Shown here: positions 1 through 17,030 of the stretch, one piece after another
Position numbering within the stretch: position 1 is the stretch's first letter
Layout: each line of letters starts with the position of its first letter
NCBI GenBank assembly: GCA_030390025.1
Contig: CM059432.1
Span: forward strand, 10,664,001 to 10,728,000
Source of the DNA: Squalus acanthias
Taxonomy: Eukaryota
Reading direction: 5' to 3'
Length of the DNA stretch: 64,000 bases
Notes under the pieces: model-generated
The model's input: the letters and a program-made list of their open reading frames with translations, nothing else
Databases searched by the model: none
What the model was told of the DNA's origin: nothing
Translations under genes and position numbers: made by a program

Positions 1-117
1 AAGTATTTGTGGAGGAGGAATATCAATACCAATCAAGGCTCATTTAACTCCATATGTTGAAGAAACGGTCATTTAGAATTTGATAAAAAGAGTGGTGTTT
101 TAAATAGTTATACTTAC

Positions 118-151
118 TTGTAGCCTCCCACTCAGATTTGCTTAACGTTCC
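118..151 (-). CDS. RNMT: RNMT penultimate coding exon (GTLSKSEWEAT); final exon is outside the window
   Basis: Matches the conserved GTLSKSEWEA motif; cag|...|gtaagt; 34 nt. Confidence 0.95.
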
Positions 152-409
152 CTGTAAAACAAATATCACAAGATAAGCAGATCATTTTTGTCGTGACTCA
201 AGGGTCAAATGAAAAATTCATTAATGCATATTCCAGGAATAGTTGACTACCATCCCTCAATATTTCAAATAGTCATTCATCCCTTTTCAAAAAAGGTACA
301 TTGTCTGCTTCCCACAGGTTTGATTCCAAGATGTCTTTCTTTGCAGTTAATTTCAACAACTTTTTAAATATAAAATGGCTATTAATTCTAAAGTAATGCA
401 ATGCTTTCA

Positions 410-966
410 CAGGACTGGAGAATTTGAGCTACGAGGAAAGATTGGATAGTCTGGGGTTGTTTGCTTCGGAACAGGAGGCCGAGGGGAGATTTAATCGAGG
501 CGTATAAAATCATGAGTGCAGACTCGATGGATCATTCATCAATTGTGTACGAGGTCAGTGCCACTTACTTTAGCGCTTTGCCACACTAGGCTCTTGGTAC
601 CTTCAATAAGTTGCCATGAGACTGGGTGGATAGGAAGACACTTTTTAACTTAGCAGAGAGGTCAATAACGAGGGGGGGGGGGGGGGGGGAATAGATTTAA
701 AGTAATTGGTAGCAGGATTAGAGGGGATTGAGGAGAACTTTTTTTCACCCAGAGGGTGGTGGGGGTCTGGAACTCACTGCCTGAAAGGGTGGTAGAGGCA
801 GAAACCCTCATCGCATTTAAAAAGTACTTGGATATGCACTTGAAGTGCCGTAACCTACAGACCAAGTGCTGGAAAGTGGGATTAGGCTGGAGAGCTCCTT
901 TTTGACCGGCAGACACGATGGGCCGAACGGCCTCCTTCTGTGCCGTAAATTTCTATGATTCTATGA
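410..966 (+). mobile_element. CR1 3' fragment containing a 102-bp templated insert
   Basis: CR1 ORF2 C-terminus and 3' UTR ending in TTCTATGA repeats. Confidence 0.88.
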
Positions 967-1758
967 CTCATTTTGACTTATGAACTGCACAAGGTAACGA
1001 CATTTCAAGATGCTGCTGTCCCTCTGCTCCAGTCAAATTATGGTGCGAGGGGGAGGGAGATGTTAAACTATAATCACCCCAGCATTTAAAAACAAACGTT
1101 CAGCATGCGGAATTACCTCGAGGTCTGAATAGCACAAGCACCTTGTCCCAAATGATCAGTAAACCAAACACGTCACCACACAATATTGTGGCAATTCTCC
1201 ATGGCAATTTACATAAAGGGTTAAGGTTGCCATTCATACAATGGATCTGAAATCTTGGGAAATGTCTTGCATTTAATAAATTTGCAGACTCGATGGATCA
1301 TTCATCAATTGTGTACGATGTCAGTGCCACTTACTTTAGCGCTTTGCCACGCTAGGCTCTTGGTACCTTCAATAAGTTGCCATGCCATGCTACGCATGCA
1401 CCAGACAATTACGTTTGGTATTTGATAAGATGTATTTTGACCCAACACCTTTTCTAATTCTTAGCACTCCTCCAGATGAGCTCCTCTTCTTGGGACGGGC
1501 CAACAAGTTAATTTGCCAGCAGCCTTTCCGGTTAATATCTTAAGTCACGTTACAGACTGACCAGAGTCACATTTGGGATAGCTCTGTCAATCTCCACTGT
1601 TTGGGCTTTTGATTGGCAAGGAAACAAAATGTGTCTCTGGAAAAATGCAAGTGGCTTTGCAGCACAAAAGAAAGACTGGGTCGATCAACTAGAAGTCATT
1701 AAGGCAGTGGCATGGTCATTTAATTGCTCGAGATAAAAATGAGCAAGTTCAAACTTAC

Positions 1759-1860
1759 GAGTGGCGCTCTTGCTTGCGGATTCTTCAGGTAATCTTCTGC
1801 ATGTTTGTAATCTTCCTTATTAGACCCAAGACTGCCACTATTCTCTGGCATGGGATATTG
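1759..1860 (-). CDS. RNMT: RNMT exon (QYPMPENSGSLGSNKEDYKHAEDYLKNPQARAPL), lobe region
   Basis: cag|...|gtaagt; 102 nt; phase 0-0; resembles human PYPANE...DDYEHAAKYMKN...LPL. Confidence 0.9.
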
Positions 1861-2098
1861 CTGCAAAATACACACACAAGAAATAGTATTACAAGGTCAA
1901 TTAAATAAAATAGTTCTAACATTTATTACAATTTAAACACACATGATCCAGGTTGATCACTCCTTTCTCTTGACAATTGTTGTTTTGTTTTTCAAATAAA
2001 CAATTTAAAAACTGGGTTCAGAAAACAAACTCATTGGTGAAGCCAGTGACTTTTAACTGCTCAGCACTGATATGGTAGGAAAACTTTCTATTAGAACA

Positions 2099-3275
2099 GT
2101 GAAGCTGAATTCCAGAGTTGAGGTGAGAGTGACTGCCCTTGACATCAAGGCAGCATTTGACCGAGTGTGGCATCAAGGAGCCCTAGTAAAACTGAAGTCA
2201 ATGGGAATCAGGGGGAAAACTCTCCACTGGCTGGAGTCATACCTAGCACAAAGGAAGATGGTTGTGGTGGTTGGAGGTCAATCATCAGAGCCCCAGGACA
2301 TCGCTGCAGGAGTTCCTCAGGGCAGTGTCCTAGGCCCAACCATCTTCAGCTGCTTCATCAATGACCTTCCCTCCAACAGGTGGTCAGAAATGGGGACGCT
2401 CGTTGATGACTGCACAGTGTTCAGTGTCTTTCACAACTCCTCGATAATGAAGCAGTCCATGCCCGCATGCAACAAGACCTGGACGACATTCAGGCTTGGG
2501 CTGATAAGTGGCAGGTAACATTCACGCCACACAAGTGCCAGGCAATGACTATATCCAACAAGCGAGAGTCTAACCACCGCCCCTTGACATTCAACGGCAT
2601 TACCATCGCCGTCAACATCCTGGGGGTCACCATTGACCAGAAACTTAACTGGACCAGCCACATAAATACTGTGGCAACTAGAGCAGGTCAGAGGCTGGGT
2701 ATTCTGTGGTGAGTGTCTTACCTCCTGACTCCCAAAGCCTTTCCACCATCTACAAGGCACAAGTAAGGCATGTGATGGAATACTCTCCACTTGCCTGGAT
2801 GAGTGCAGCTCCAACAACACTCAAGAAGCTTGACACCATCCAGACAAAGCAGCCCGCTTGATTGACACCCCATCCACCACCTTAAACATTCACTCCCTCC
2901 ACCACCGGCGCACCGTGGCTACAGTGTGTACCATCTACAAGTTGCACTGCAGCAACTCACCAAGGCTTCTTCTGCAGCACCTCCCAAACTCGCGACCGCT
3001 TCCACCTAGAAGGACAAGGGCAGCAGGCGCATGGGAACACCACCACCTCCAAGTTTCCCTCCAAGTCACACACCATCCTGACTTAGAAGTATATCGTCGT
3101 TCCTTCATCGTCGCTGGGTCAAAATCCTGGAACTCCCTACCAAACAGCGCTGTGGGAGAAACTTTCACCACAGGGACTGCAGAGGTTCAAGGCAGCGGCT
3201 CACCACCACCTTCTCAAAGGCAATTAGGGATGGGCAATAAATATTGGCCTTGCCAGCGACGCCCACATCCCATAA
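2099..3275 (+). mobile_element. CR1/L2-group LINE, 5'-truncated RT and 3' end
   Basis: DIKAAFDRVWH and GVPQGSVLGP motifs; the same family recurs near 9520-10020(-), 13873-14312(+), 34085-35125(-), 37785-38200(+) and 48410-48920(+). Confidence 0.9.
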
Positions 3276-3601
3276 ACAGAAAAAAAAAATTGCAGCGTCT
3301 ATACCAACCTACATAAACTACCGCAGCATAAAACATCACATGCACCATAGTTGAGAGAAGTGCAAAGGTACAGGACCACGACAATGGATAGTGTGGTGGG
3401 AGAAAAATACTAGAAACCACCTACAGAGGACACAACAAGAACAGTCCATCTAGTTCAGTCATCAAAAATTACGCATAATTTTACATGTACCAACTGTTTC
3501 TATTCTTCTACAAGCTGGACTTTGCGACATGCCACGGCCACGCATTTATAAAGAGGTTCCATCACACATTTCTCACTGGGAATGGTAGTGGTGGGGGAAA
3601 T

Positions 3602-3603
<2 letters not shown>

Positions 3604-3674
<71 letters not shown>
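3604..3674. repeat. (GA)n microsatellite
   Basis: About 35 perfect units. Confidence 0.99.
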
Positions 3675-3676
<2 letters not shown>

Positions 3677-3846
3677 CCCTCGGATTCTCACACTCCCAGA
3701 AGCCAGTTACAGAGGCATTGGCAGAGATCTGGAAACAGGTTGTCCATTTGGACTTGAGCAGGGATGGATGTAGCAAAAGGGAGGCCCAGAAGAAGAAAAA
3801 AACCACAAAATTAACAAAACCAGTCTCACCCTCAAAAGTTAGTAAA

Positions 3847-4258
3847 AGAAAGAGACTTGTATTTATATAGCGCCTTTCACGACCACCGGACATCCCAAAG
3901 CGCTTTACAGCCAATGAAGTACTTTTTGAAGTGTAGTCACTGCTGTAATGTAGGAAACTGGGCAGCCAAATTGCACACAGCAAGCTCCCACAAACAGCAA
4001 TGCAGCAATGTGATAATGATCAGATAATCTGTTTTTAGTGATGTTGATTGAGGGATAAATATTGGCCCCAGGACACCGGGGATAACTCCCCTGCTCTTCT
4101 TCAACATCTCATCCGAAAGACGGCACCTCAGACAGTGCAGCGCTCCCTCAGTACTGCACTGAAGTGTCAGCCTAGGTTTTTGTACTCAAGTGTCTGGAGT
4201 GGGACTTGAACCCACAACCTTCTGACCCAGGGTGCTACCAACTGAGCCACAGCTGACA
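3847..4258 (-). mobile_element. Deu-type tRNA-derived SINE
   Basis: tRNA-like head (GTGGCTCAGTTGGTAGC, GGTTCAAGTCCCAC) and GGCGCTATATAAATACAAGTC tail. Confidence 0.85.
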
Positions 4259-5564
4259 CAATTTATAACAGCACAATGGGTCGAATGGCCTCATTCAGCA
4301 CTGCATCATTCTATGATTCATGAAGTGAATGTTTACAAATGGAACTCCAGCTCGATATCCAGAAAAACAAAATCTCGAAAACAGGAGAAGATTTTTGAGC
4401 TTTGCAGTAGATATACAAACTGTTTTAAATGAAAATCTAAAGGGTCTACTAGAAAGCAGGTTTAACGGCCATGGTTTCAACAAGAGAAATCCCGTCAGAA
4501 CTTAATCAACTAAATTCAACAACAACTTGTATTTATATAGCACCTTTAATATAGTAGAATGTCCCAAGGCGCTTCATAAAAACGTTAACAAAATTTGACA
4601 TCGAGCCACATAACGAGATTAGGTCAGGTGACCAAAAGCTTGGTCAAAGAGGTAGGTTTTAAGGAGCAACTTAAGAGGAGAGAGAGGCGGAGAGGTTTAG
4701 GGAGGGAATTCCAGAGCTTAGGGCCTCGGCATCTGAAGGCACAGACGCCAATGGTGGAGCGATTAAAATCGGGGATGCGCAAGTTATTTCTTTATACAAC
4801 AAATGAACAGAGGTTCACAAACTAAAGTACCTGGTGACTTTGGCAACTAAACCACAAGAAGTGCAATTATCTATACTAAAATATAACACACACAGCTCAT
4901 CATCTTCAGATTTAATACAAGAGTCTGTGGATTTCATAAAGTTCTGGTTTCTGTCAAATTGAGACTGTTTTGTCATGTAAAGCTTTCTGTATTAACTCCT
5001 GGTGTCCCCCAAACAGGGAGTGAAAACGGAGCCTTTCGTTCACCACAGATGTTGGAAAAGTTCTCCAATTTCAACTCCTGATTTTAACCACTCCCAAACA
5101 CTTGTGCTTAATAATAGAGTCAGCGTCACAAAGGCAATGATGCTCATCCAGGGAGAGGTGGCCAATTCACATGTGCACTAGGAACATAGGAATGGCAGTA
5201 TGCCATTCAGCCCCTCGAGCCTGTTCCACCAGTCATTTAGATCGTGGCTGATCTGTATCTTAACTCCATCTACCCACCTCGGTTCTGTAACCCTTAATAC
5301 CCTTGCCCAACAAAAATTTATCTATCTCAGTTTTGAAATTGTTTATACAAAATTAAGTACAATGGAATAAAACCTCTTTCACATCAAAAGGAACAACGCT
5401 GCTAATTAAAGATCAAGGAAACAATTTGCCGCGACTATCTTTGAAGCAAGTGAAGTAGGCAATTTAAACTTCTGCCACTTAGTTTTATCTGATCATCACT
5501 AGAATAGGTCCACCACTGTACCCGCTAATCACTGTAGCCATCATCGTCGCCAGCTACTGTTTCA

Positions 5565-5708
<144 letters not shown>

Positions 5709-6748
5709 TTATGTAGCTTCTAGAACATTACATTGAACGTCATACTAGGAGAAATATGAAAAAGGAGCTGACCAACTGGCTGAGAGAGCAGGCAATATTG
5801 CATGGTGAGGCCTTCATTCCCACAAGGAGCTCAACTGTTACAGTTCAGTTTCCTCACTAACAAGAGGTAGGTTTTAAGCAGCATCTTAAAAGGAGGAAAG
5901 AGAAGTAGAGAAGCGGAGAGATTTAGGGAGGGAATGCCAGAGTTTAGGACCCAGGGAGCTGAAGACGACCGCCAATGGTGGAGCATTTAAAATCGGGGCT
6001 GTTCAAAAGGCCAGAATAGGCGGAGCGCAGAGGTCTAGGGGGATTATAGGGCTGGAGGAGGTTACAGAGGTAGGGCGGGGGGGAAGGCCATGCAGGGGTT
6101 TGAAAACAAGAATGAGAATTTAAAAAAAAAAATGTTTTTACATTTTTAACACATTGAAATGTTCACTTCGGTATGTTTGTTACTAGAATGGATGACTATG
6201 AGCCAATAAAATTCTCTTTAGCAAGTCTTTAATCCAGCCTGAAACAAATTGGAACATTATAACCCCCTTTATATTTCCATAGGTTCAAACAATTACTTCA
6301 ATACAGCAGCTCTGCTAAATTTAAAAATCTCAAGTAAGTCACTCGCATAAAAGGAAAAAATATCCACTACATTAGGAGACTGGATTACTAAATCATTGTA
6401 ATTATTCTTTACATCAAAATCTTTAGCAGAGGGTAAAACGGTTATAGAGATTTTAAAAAAGTGGAAGATGCAAGACAAATAAAGGTGCGTTCTCTCAATT
6501 TTTGACTGAAAAACCAAATAATGAAACAAATTACAAAAGAAAGCAAGAGGAAAAAAATATATAGAAAGTTCTTTTCAAAAGAGACACAAACCACACATGC
6601 ATCTCTTTGGCTCAATTATAAATTGCCAAGAACCCAACAAGAACCCCAAAGCAGCAGCACCCTTGAAATCTCTCACTCAGAGGGTTGTGAATCTTTGGAA
6701 TTCTCTACCCCAAAGAGCTGTGAATGCTGAGTCGTTGAGTATATTCAA

Positions 6749-6887
6749 AAGTGAGAAGTCGCACAACACCAGGTTATAGTCCAACAGTTTTATTTGAAAT
6801 CACAAGCTTTCTGTTGGACTATAACCTGGTGTTGTGCGACTTCTCACTTTTGTCCACCCCAGTCCAACACCGGCATCTCCGCATCAG
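6749..6887. mobile_element. Probable Penelope-like-element-derived hairpin insertion in a CR1
   Basis: Perfect 41-bp inverted repeat (6747-6787 / 6811-6851) and a 12-bp TSD GAGTATATTCAA. The Penelope assignment is from recalled similarity. Confidence 0.7.
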
Positions 6888-7056
6888 GAGTATATTCAAG
6901 GCCGAGATCGATAGATTTTTGGACTCTAGGGGAAGCAAGGGCTATGGGGATCAGGCGAGAAAGTAGAGTTGAGGTCATAGATCAACCATGATTTTATTGA
7001 ATGGCGGAGCAGGCTCGAGGGGCCGTATGGCCGACTCTTTTGCTCCTAATTTTTGT

Positions 7057-7455
7057 ACTCCAGAGACTTGAGAACAAAAATCTAGGCCGACACTCTAGTG
7101 CGGTGCTGAGGGAGCGCTGCACTGTCAGAGGTGCCGTCTTTCGGATGAGACGTTAAACTGAGGCCCCATCTGCTCTCTAGGTGGACGTAAAAGATCCCAT
7201 GGCACTATTTAGAAGAGCTGGGGAATTATCCCCGGTGTCCTGGCCAATATTTATCCCTCAATCAGCATAACAAAAACAGATTATCTGGTCATTATCACAT
7301 TGCTGCTCGTGGGAGCTTGTTGTGCGCAACTTGGCTGCTGCGTTTCCCACATTACAACAGTGACTACACTTCAAAAAGTACTTCATTGGCTGTAAAGCGC
7401 TTTGAGACGTCCGGTGGTCATGAAAGGCGCTATATAAATGCAAATCTTTCTTCTT
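7057..7455 (+). mobile_element. Deu-type SINE, 5'-truncated
   Basis: AAAAGATCCCATGGCACT core and the same tail. Confidence 0.85.
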
Positions 7456-8547
7456 TAATTCATATGTTCTTATGATTCAGACGACTTTGAAGGAAGCCAC
7501 CAAAAAGCTCTGACCCCCCCCCACCCCCCCAAGCAAAAAAAAGTGCGTGGCTCTCAGCTTGAGCTTTACTGTACCAACAACCTCAATGGGTCACTATTCT
7601 CCTGAGTAAAGTAGTGCATAACAATATTTTGAAAATAAAAGTTGTCTGGATGCAGCTCCTAATAACATAACAATTAAGTAACATACAATTAGTGTTCTGC
7701 TACTCCTGGTATTTAGCTACCTTTCACACTGCAAAGGCAGTATTTGTTTTAGCATCGAGTGTACAAATTAAAATTCCCTGGACCTCACGGTCTAAGGATT
7801 AAAGCTTACTGTTTGTGACTGCCCGCTTTCAAATGAAACCTTTTACCGAAGTGGTGCACATAAAACATTCTAATTAAAACACTAAAGGTGAAATTTTAGC
7901 TAACCAAAAAATGTCATATTCTACCAATTAAGGCAATACAATTGTCTAAAGCTTGCATTTAATTTTTTGGAGATGTTAATTTTAGGGCATTGTGGTAGGC
8001 TCTACCTCCTTGCACCAATCCTTGTACGGAATTTCAGGATTTAGCTCACGTGCATCCTAATGTGGAAATCCTGAAGTTGCAGTCATTCACTACTCCGACA
8101 TTGGCTTTTAAAAATATGTAAACGTCTTCATTTTTATTTCAGCTTTACCTTTTCCCTGTGTGAGAGGCCCAATCTTTGTTTTAGTCTCTATAACATTTTT
8201 AAAGAGTTAGAATAAAAAGGAGATTATTCACTTCCTGGTTCCCGGTCAGTGACTGGCTGCATATTGACGTCACAGCAGCTCGCGCTAGGGATTCCCCATT
8301 AACTTATGCCGATTTCAACTGAATGTCTGAAAAGCCGAACTTCTACACAGAAGTCGCGAGATCTTTGCGGGAAGTTTACTTCGGAGCCAGCAGCGAACGC
8401 CTTTGCTTCGCCGCTGACCGCAAATTACAGGCCAATGTATCGAAATTGCCAAAGCAGTAAGTGCAGTGAGCCAACATTGGAAGGCCGGGGTGACTAATTT
8501 TGAATTAGACCTGCTTTATTAACATCACAATCCAATCAGATAACTTA

Positions 8548-8775
<228 letters not shown>

Positions 8776-10524
8776 TTAAAAACCAGCATGCAAATAACGG
8801 TTATAAAAAAGGTCAGATCCTCTTAAAACTAGACAAAGTACCCGCCCACACAATATGCATCGTAAAAGGAGAGAAGGATGGGATATAATCACGCTTCGAC
8901 TGAGATGTTAAATTAACTAAATTCAGGATTGGAAAGTAGCTAACATAACTCCAACGGATCAAGAGCCATAGTTGAAAACTAGAAACATCTGCTGCTGGGG
9001 CGGGGAAAAAAAATCTAAATTTGGAGAGATCAAGTGGGCAAACACTTGGAAAAGTATGATTTGTGGAAGGAGAGTCAAGATGGGTTCAGGTAAGGGTCCT
9101 CATGTCTAACCTGCTAGAGGATTTTTTTTTTTTTTGAAGGTATCACCGACATGATAAACAAGATTCCATGTCAACAATTAATGGGCAAGGTAAGGAGTCC
9201 AGGATTAAGAGACAAAATGTAGTGCTTGACTGAAAACTGACTGAAGGACAGGAAAATGGGAGGTAGACATAAATGCGAACTTTTCAGGTTGGCGAAGGTT
9301 ATAAGTAGGCTCCACTGAGGTCAGTCTCGGGACCCCAGCTACCTTTAAAAATACAGCACCAACTTGGATGGAGCATCAGAAGCAAGATCTCAAAATTGGT
9401 GGATATAAAAATAGGAAGTAGGGCTAATAATGGTGAGCCAAATTGGAGCAAGATTAAGATTTTGCAAATAACTTTGGCAAATGCAATTAAACGTGTCAAA
9501 TAGATGTTCCTTTCATTAGTTTTCAGGATATGGACATCGCTGGCACTTGTTGCCCATACCTCGTTGACTGAGTAAATGGTGGTGGGCCTTCTTTGAACCT
9601 TGTTTGAACAGTGCTGTTAGGTCGGGAGTTTCAGGATTTTTAACCACCGATGAGGGTCCAAGTCAGGGCGGTGTGCGACTTGGAGGGGAACTTGAAGGGG
9701 ATGGTGTTCCCATGCACCTGCTGCCCCTGTGACGTCTAGGTGGTTGAGGTCACTGGTTTGCTGAAGAAATCTTGGCGAGTTGCTGCAGTGCCTCTTGCAG
9801 ATAGTACAGAGTTACAGCTACAGCGAAGGGAGTAGATGTTCAGGCAAGTGCATGGGGTGCCAATCAAGCTGACTGCTTTGTCCTGGATGTTGGGGAGATT
9901 CTGGAGTGCTGTTGCAGCTTCAAGCAAGCGAAGTGTACTCCATCACACTACTGTAAGTGGTGGAGAAGCTTTGGGGAGTCAGGAGGTGAACCACTCGCCA
10001 CAGAATACTCAGCCTCTAATATGGGAACGAACGAACCAAGAAGGCGAATTCAGTACATGGAATCAGGAAAGTTATCAGAGGGTTAGAGTTGGGAAATCTC
10101 TGAACCCATCAGAACAGTGCTTGGATGCAGTATAAGAGACAAACAAGATGCTGGATTGTATTAGCAGAGGAATCAAGTACAAGTCAAAACACATCGTGAT
10201 TAAACAAGGCACTTGTCACACCCCACCTGAAGCCTTCAGATCACCTAATCCGAGAAAGGATAGGAGGACAGGAGGCAGGTACAGAGGTGAGCAACAAAAG
10301 ACGTTTCTGGTAATACAATTTCAATGAGGAAAGGGGTGAGGTAGTTGGGCTTGTTTTCTTTGGGAAAGAAGTAATTTCAAGGTGATATAATTGAAGTGTT
10401 TATGGTTATGAACTAAACTATTCAAAAAAACATGCGTTACCACAGTGAAATACTGAAATACCAATGAACACAAGTTAAAAATTAGCAAGAAGGGAAGCAA
10501 GGCATAATTTCATCGCCCAAAAAA

Positions 10525-13122
<2,598 letters not shown>

Positions 13123-13461
13123 GCATCTGCGAATCCAATTTTAAAGCACTAAATTCCAATTTAGCTTAATTCAAGTTATTGGATAAAGCACTAAAAGTAA
13201 AGTGTGAATCAGAAGCAGACTGCATAAATTGGCATTTATAAAAACAAAAAAAAAGTTATGGGTCACCAGTAATCTGATTATGAAAAAAACAATGGATTAT
13301 CTGAACAAAACTTTGATTCTGCTAGAGTATTTGATTAGAGAGTCATTACTGCTAAATAAAAAAGGGACAATTTTACAGCAACATTATACTTCTAAATGTT
13401 TTTGAAACATCTACGTTTATTAAGATTTCCATAAGATGTAAAAATGTATTATGGTGGATTA

Positions 13462-13698
<237 letters not shown>

Positions 13699-14939
13699 TC
13701 ATTATCATTCAACACCCCTCTCTCCAAATTCCTCAGTAAATTCAGTGCCAGAGACAGCATCTCTCAGACAATAGACCAATGCCCAGTCCAGACTGATATG
13801 GCAATGGACAAATCCTGAACCTAATTTAGGATGAGGTAATACTGAACACAAAAAAGGATGCCTCCTTTGCAAGACACTCAAGAAGCTCGACACCATCCAG
13901 GACAAGGCAGCCCGCTTGACTGGCACCCCATCCACCACCTTAAACATTCACTCCCTCCACCACCGGCGTACTGTGGCTGCAGTGTGTACCCATCTACAAG
14001 ATGCACTGCAGCACCTCCCAAACCCGTGACCTCTACCACCTAGAAGGACAAGGGCAGCAGGCATATGGGAAGACCACCACCTCCAAGTACCCTTCCATGT
14101 CACACACCATCCTGACTTGGAAATATATCGCCATTCCTTCATCGTCACTGGGCTAAAATCCTGGAACTCCCTCCCTAACAGCACTGTGGGAGTACCTTCA
14201 CCACACGGACTGCAACGGTTCAAGGCAGCTCACCACCACCTTCTCAAGGGCAATTAGGGCTGGGCGATAAATGCTGTCCTTGCCAGCGACGTCCACATCC
14301 CATGAATGAATACATTTTTAAAAAACCCTATGAAAATCTTATTTAACAATTTAAATGCTAAAACAGATGCCTTTGAGGTCTAGAAAGACAAAACAAGCTC
14401 CATTACACAAAGAGGTTAATGAATGCAGGAAGAAAGGTATTGAATTGAGTGGTCAAAATTGTTCTCAATTGGAGGATACTGGCTTAAAAGGACCTAAAAA
14501 CCAAAATGATGAGGGAGCACAATGAAAGTGGAAAGTCATTATTCGGTAATCAAATCAATTGAACTATATGCTAATTCAACTTCATTGGACTTAGTAAGTG
14601 CCCAACAGTTCTCGTCATTTAAAGCTCGAGTGCGGATGACTTGGCTTAACACAAATAGCGAAAGCATGTTTAGTTAGTTCTTTGTGACAATTTTTTTTTA
14701 AAGAAAGGATTAACAATGGTAAATTTAAATCACTGTAGTTAGAATTTGGATGTTACTCAAGTCTTAATTTTAAGTTATATTTAATTAAATTTATTTTAAA
14801 AATCTTCAACGTCAATTCATGCACCAACTCAAAAGATAAAAGCAAAAGCTCACGATCCAAATATTTTGTAAACTGCTGGGTTCCGGACCAATTTCCAAAA
14901 CGGAGCAAGTTTCCTCTCTCGCCTCTCCCCCTCAAATTA

Positions 14940-15098
<159 letters not shown>

Positions 15099-15242
15099 TT
15101 ACTTCAAAATTCCTTGGTCTTTGTAGGCTCCCTTTTATTAACTATTAGCCTTGGTTTTTTTTTTTTACCTGCAGGCCGAAGTGGTCTGCAAAGCGCCGTG
15201 ACAGGCACAGCAGAAAATGTTAGACAGGCACAGCAGGAATTT

Positions 15243-16398
15243 TCAGAAGGCCTTTGATAAAGTCCCACATAATAGGTTAGTGTGCAAAATTAAAGCACAT
15301 GGGATTGGGGGCAATATACTAGCATGGATTGAAAATTGGTTAACAGATAGGTAACAGAGAGTAGGAATAAATGGGTCTTTTTCGGGATGGCAGGCAATGA
15401 CTAGTGGGGTACCGCAGGGATCAGTGTTCGGGCCCCAGCTATTCACAATATATATCGATGATTTGGATGAGGGAACCAAATGTAATATTTCCAAGTTTGC
15501 TGACGACACAAAACTAGGTGGGATTGTGAGTTGTGAGGAGGATGCAAAGAGGCTTCAAGGTGATTTAGACAAGTTGAGTGAGTGGGCAAATACATGGCAG
15601 ATGCAGTATAACGTGGATAAATGTGAAGTTATCCACTTCGGTAGGAAAAACAGAAAGGCAGAGTATTATTTAAATGGTGATAGATTGGGAAATGTTGATG
15701 TACAGTCACCAGTCACCAAAAGCAAACATGTAGGTGCAGCAAGCAGTTAGGAAGGCAAATGGTATGTTGGCCTTCATTGCAAGAGGATTTGAGTACAGGA
15801 GCAAGGATGTCGTACTACAGTTATACAGGGCCTTGGTGAGACCATACCTGGGGTACTGTGTGCAGTTTTGATCTCCTTACCCAAGAAAGGATATACTTGC
15901 CATAGAGGGAGTGCAGCAAAGGTTCACCAGACTGATTCCTGGGATGGCAGGACTGTCGTATGAGGAGAGATTGGGTCGACTAGGCCTGTATTCACTAGAG
16001 TTTAGAAGAATGAGAGGGGAGCTCATTGAAACGTATAAAATTCTGACAGGGCTAGACAGACTGGATGCAGGGAGGATGTTTCCCCTGGCTGGGGGCTCTA
16101 CAACGAGGGGTCACAGTCTCAGGATACAGGGTAGGACATTTAGGACTGAGATGAGGAGAAATTTCTTCACTCAGAGGGTGGTGAATTCTCTACCACAGAA
16201 GGCTGTGGAGACCAAGTCACTGAATATATTTAAGAAGGAGATAGATAGATTTCTAGACACAAAAGGCATCAAGGGGTATGGGGAGAGAGCGGGAATATGG
16301 TATTGAGTTTAAGGATCAGCCATGTTCATACTGAATGGCGGAGCAGGCTCGAAGGGCCGAATGGCCTACTCCTGCTCCTATTTTTCCATGTTTATATG
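15243..16398 (+). mobile_element. CR1 LINE, RT to 3' end
   Basis: ORFs 15397..15750 (GVPQGSV, FADD) and 15911..16306. Confidence 0.93.
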
Positions 16399-16499
16399 AA
16401 GCCGGATTTACATTTTAGCTCTAACCTGTGATCTCATTCGAATGAAGTCACATCTAAACTACAGACCCATTTCTCTTTCAGATACTTGCCTTCCTACTG

Positions 16500-17030
16500 T
16501 ATCCTGCAAATCCATTGACAGGATAGGCGCACCAACGTCAGTGTTCTCGCTCAGGCCAACATCCCCAGCATCGACGCTCTGACAACACTCAATCAGCTCC
16601 AATGGACGGACCACATCGTCCGCATGCCCAATACTAGACTCCCAAAACAAGCGCTCTACTCGGAGCTCCAACACAGCAAGAGAGCCCCAGGTGGGCAGAG
16701 GAAACGCTTCAAGGACACCCTCAAAGCCTCCTTGAAAAAGTGCAACATCTCCACTGACATCTGGGAATCCCTGGTCCAAGAGCACACAAAGTGGAGAAGA
16801 AGCATCCGGGAAGGCGCCGAACACCTCGAGTCTCTTCGCCGGGAGCAAGCGGAAGCCAAGCGCAAGCAGCGCACATCAACCCAAGAACCCCATCCACCCG
16901 CACCTTCAACCACTGTCTGTCCCACCTGTGACAGAGTCTGTAGGTCCCGCATTGGACTCAGTCACCTGGGAACTCATTTTTTTAGGGTGGAAGCAAGTCA
17001 TCCTCGGTTCCAAGGGACTGCCTAAGAAGC
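16500..17030 (+). mobile_element. RTE-clade LINE 3' fragment
   Basis: RLPKQALYSEL...GGQRKRFKDTLK and a C-terminal CPTCDR.C.SRIGL..H motif; second copy at ~45710-46105(-). Confidence 0.85.

Noticed and set aside
3485..3983. ORFs with ER or SL dipeptide runs
   Set aside because: Translations of the (GA)n microsatellite.
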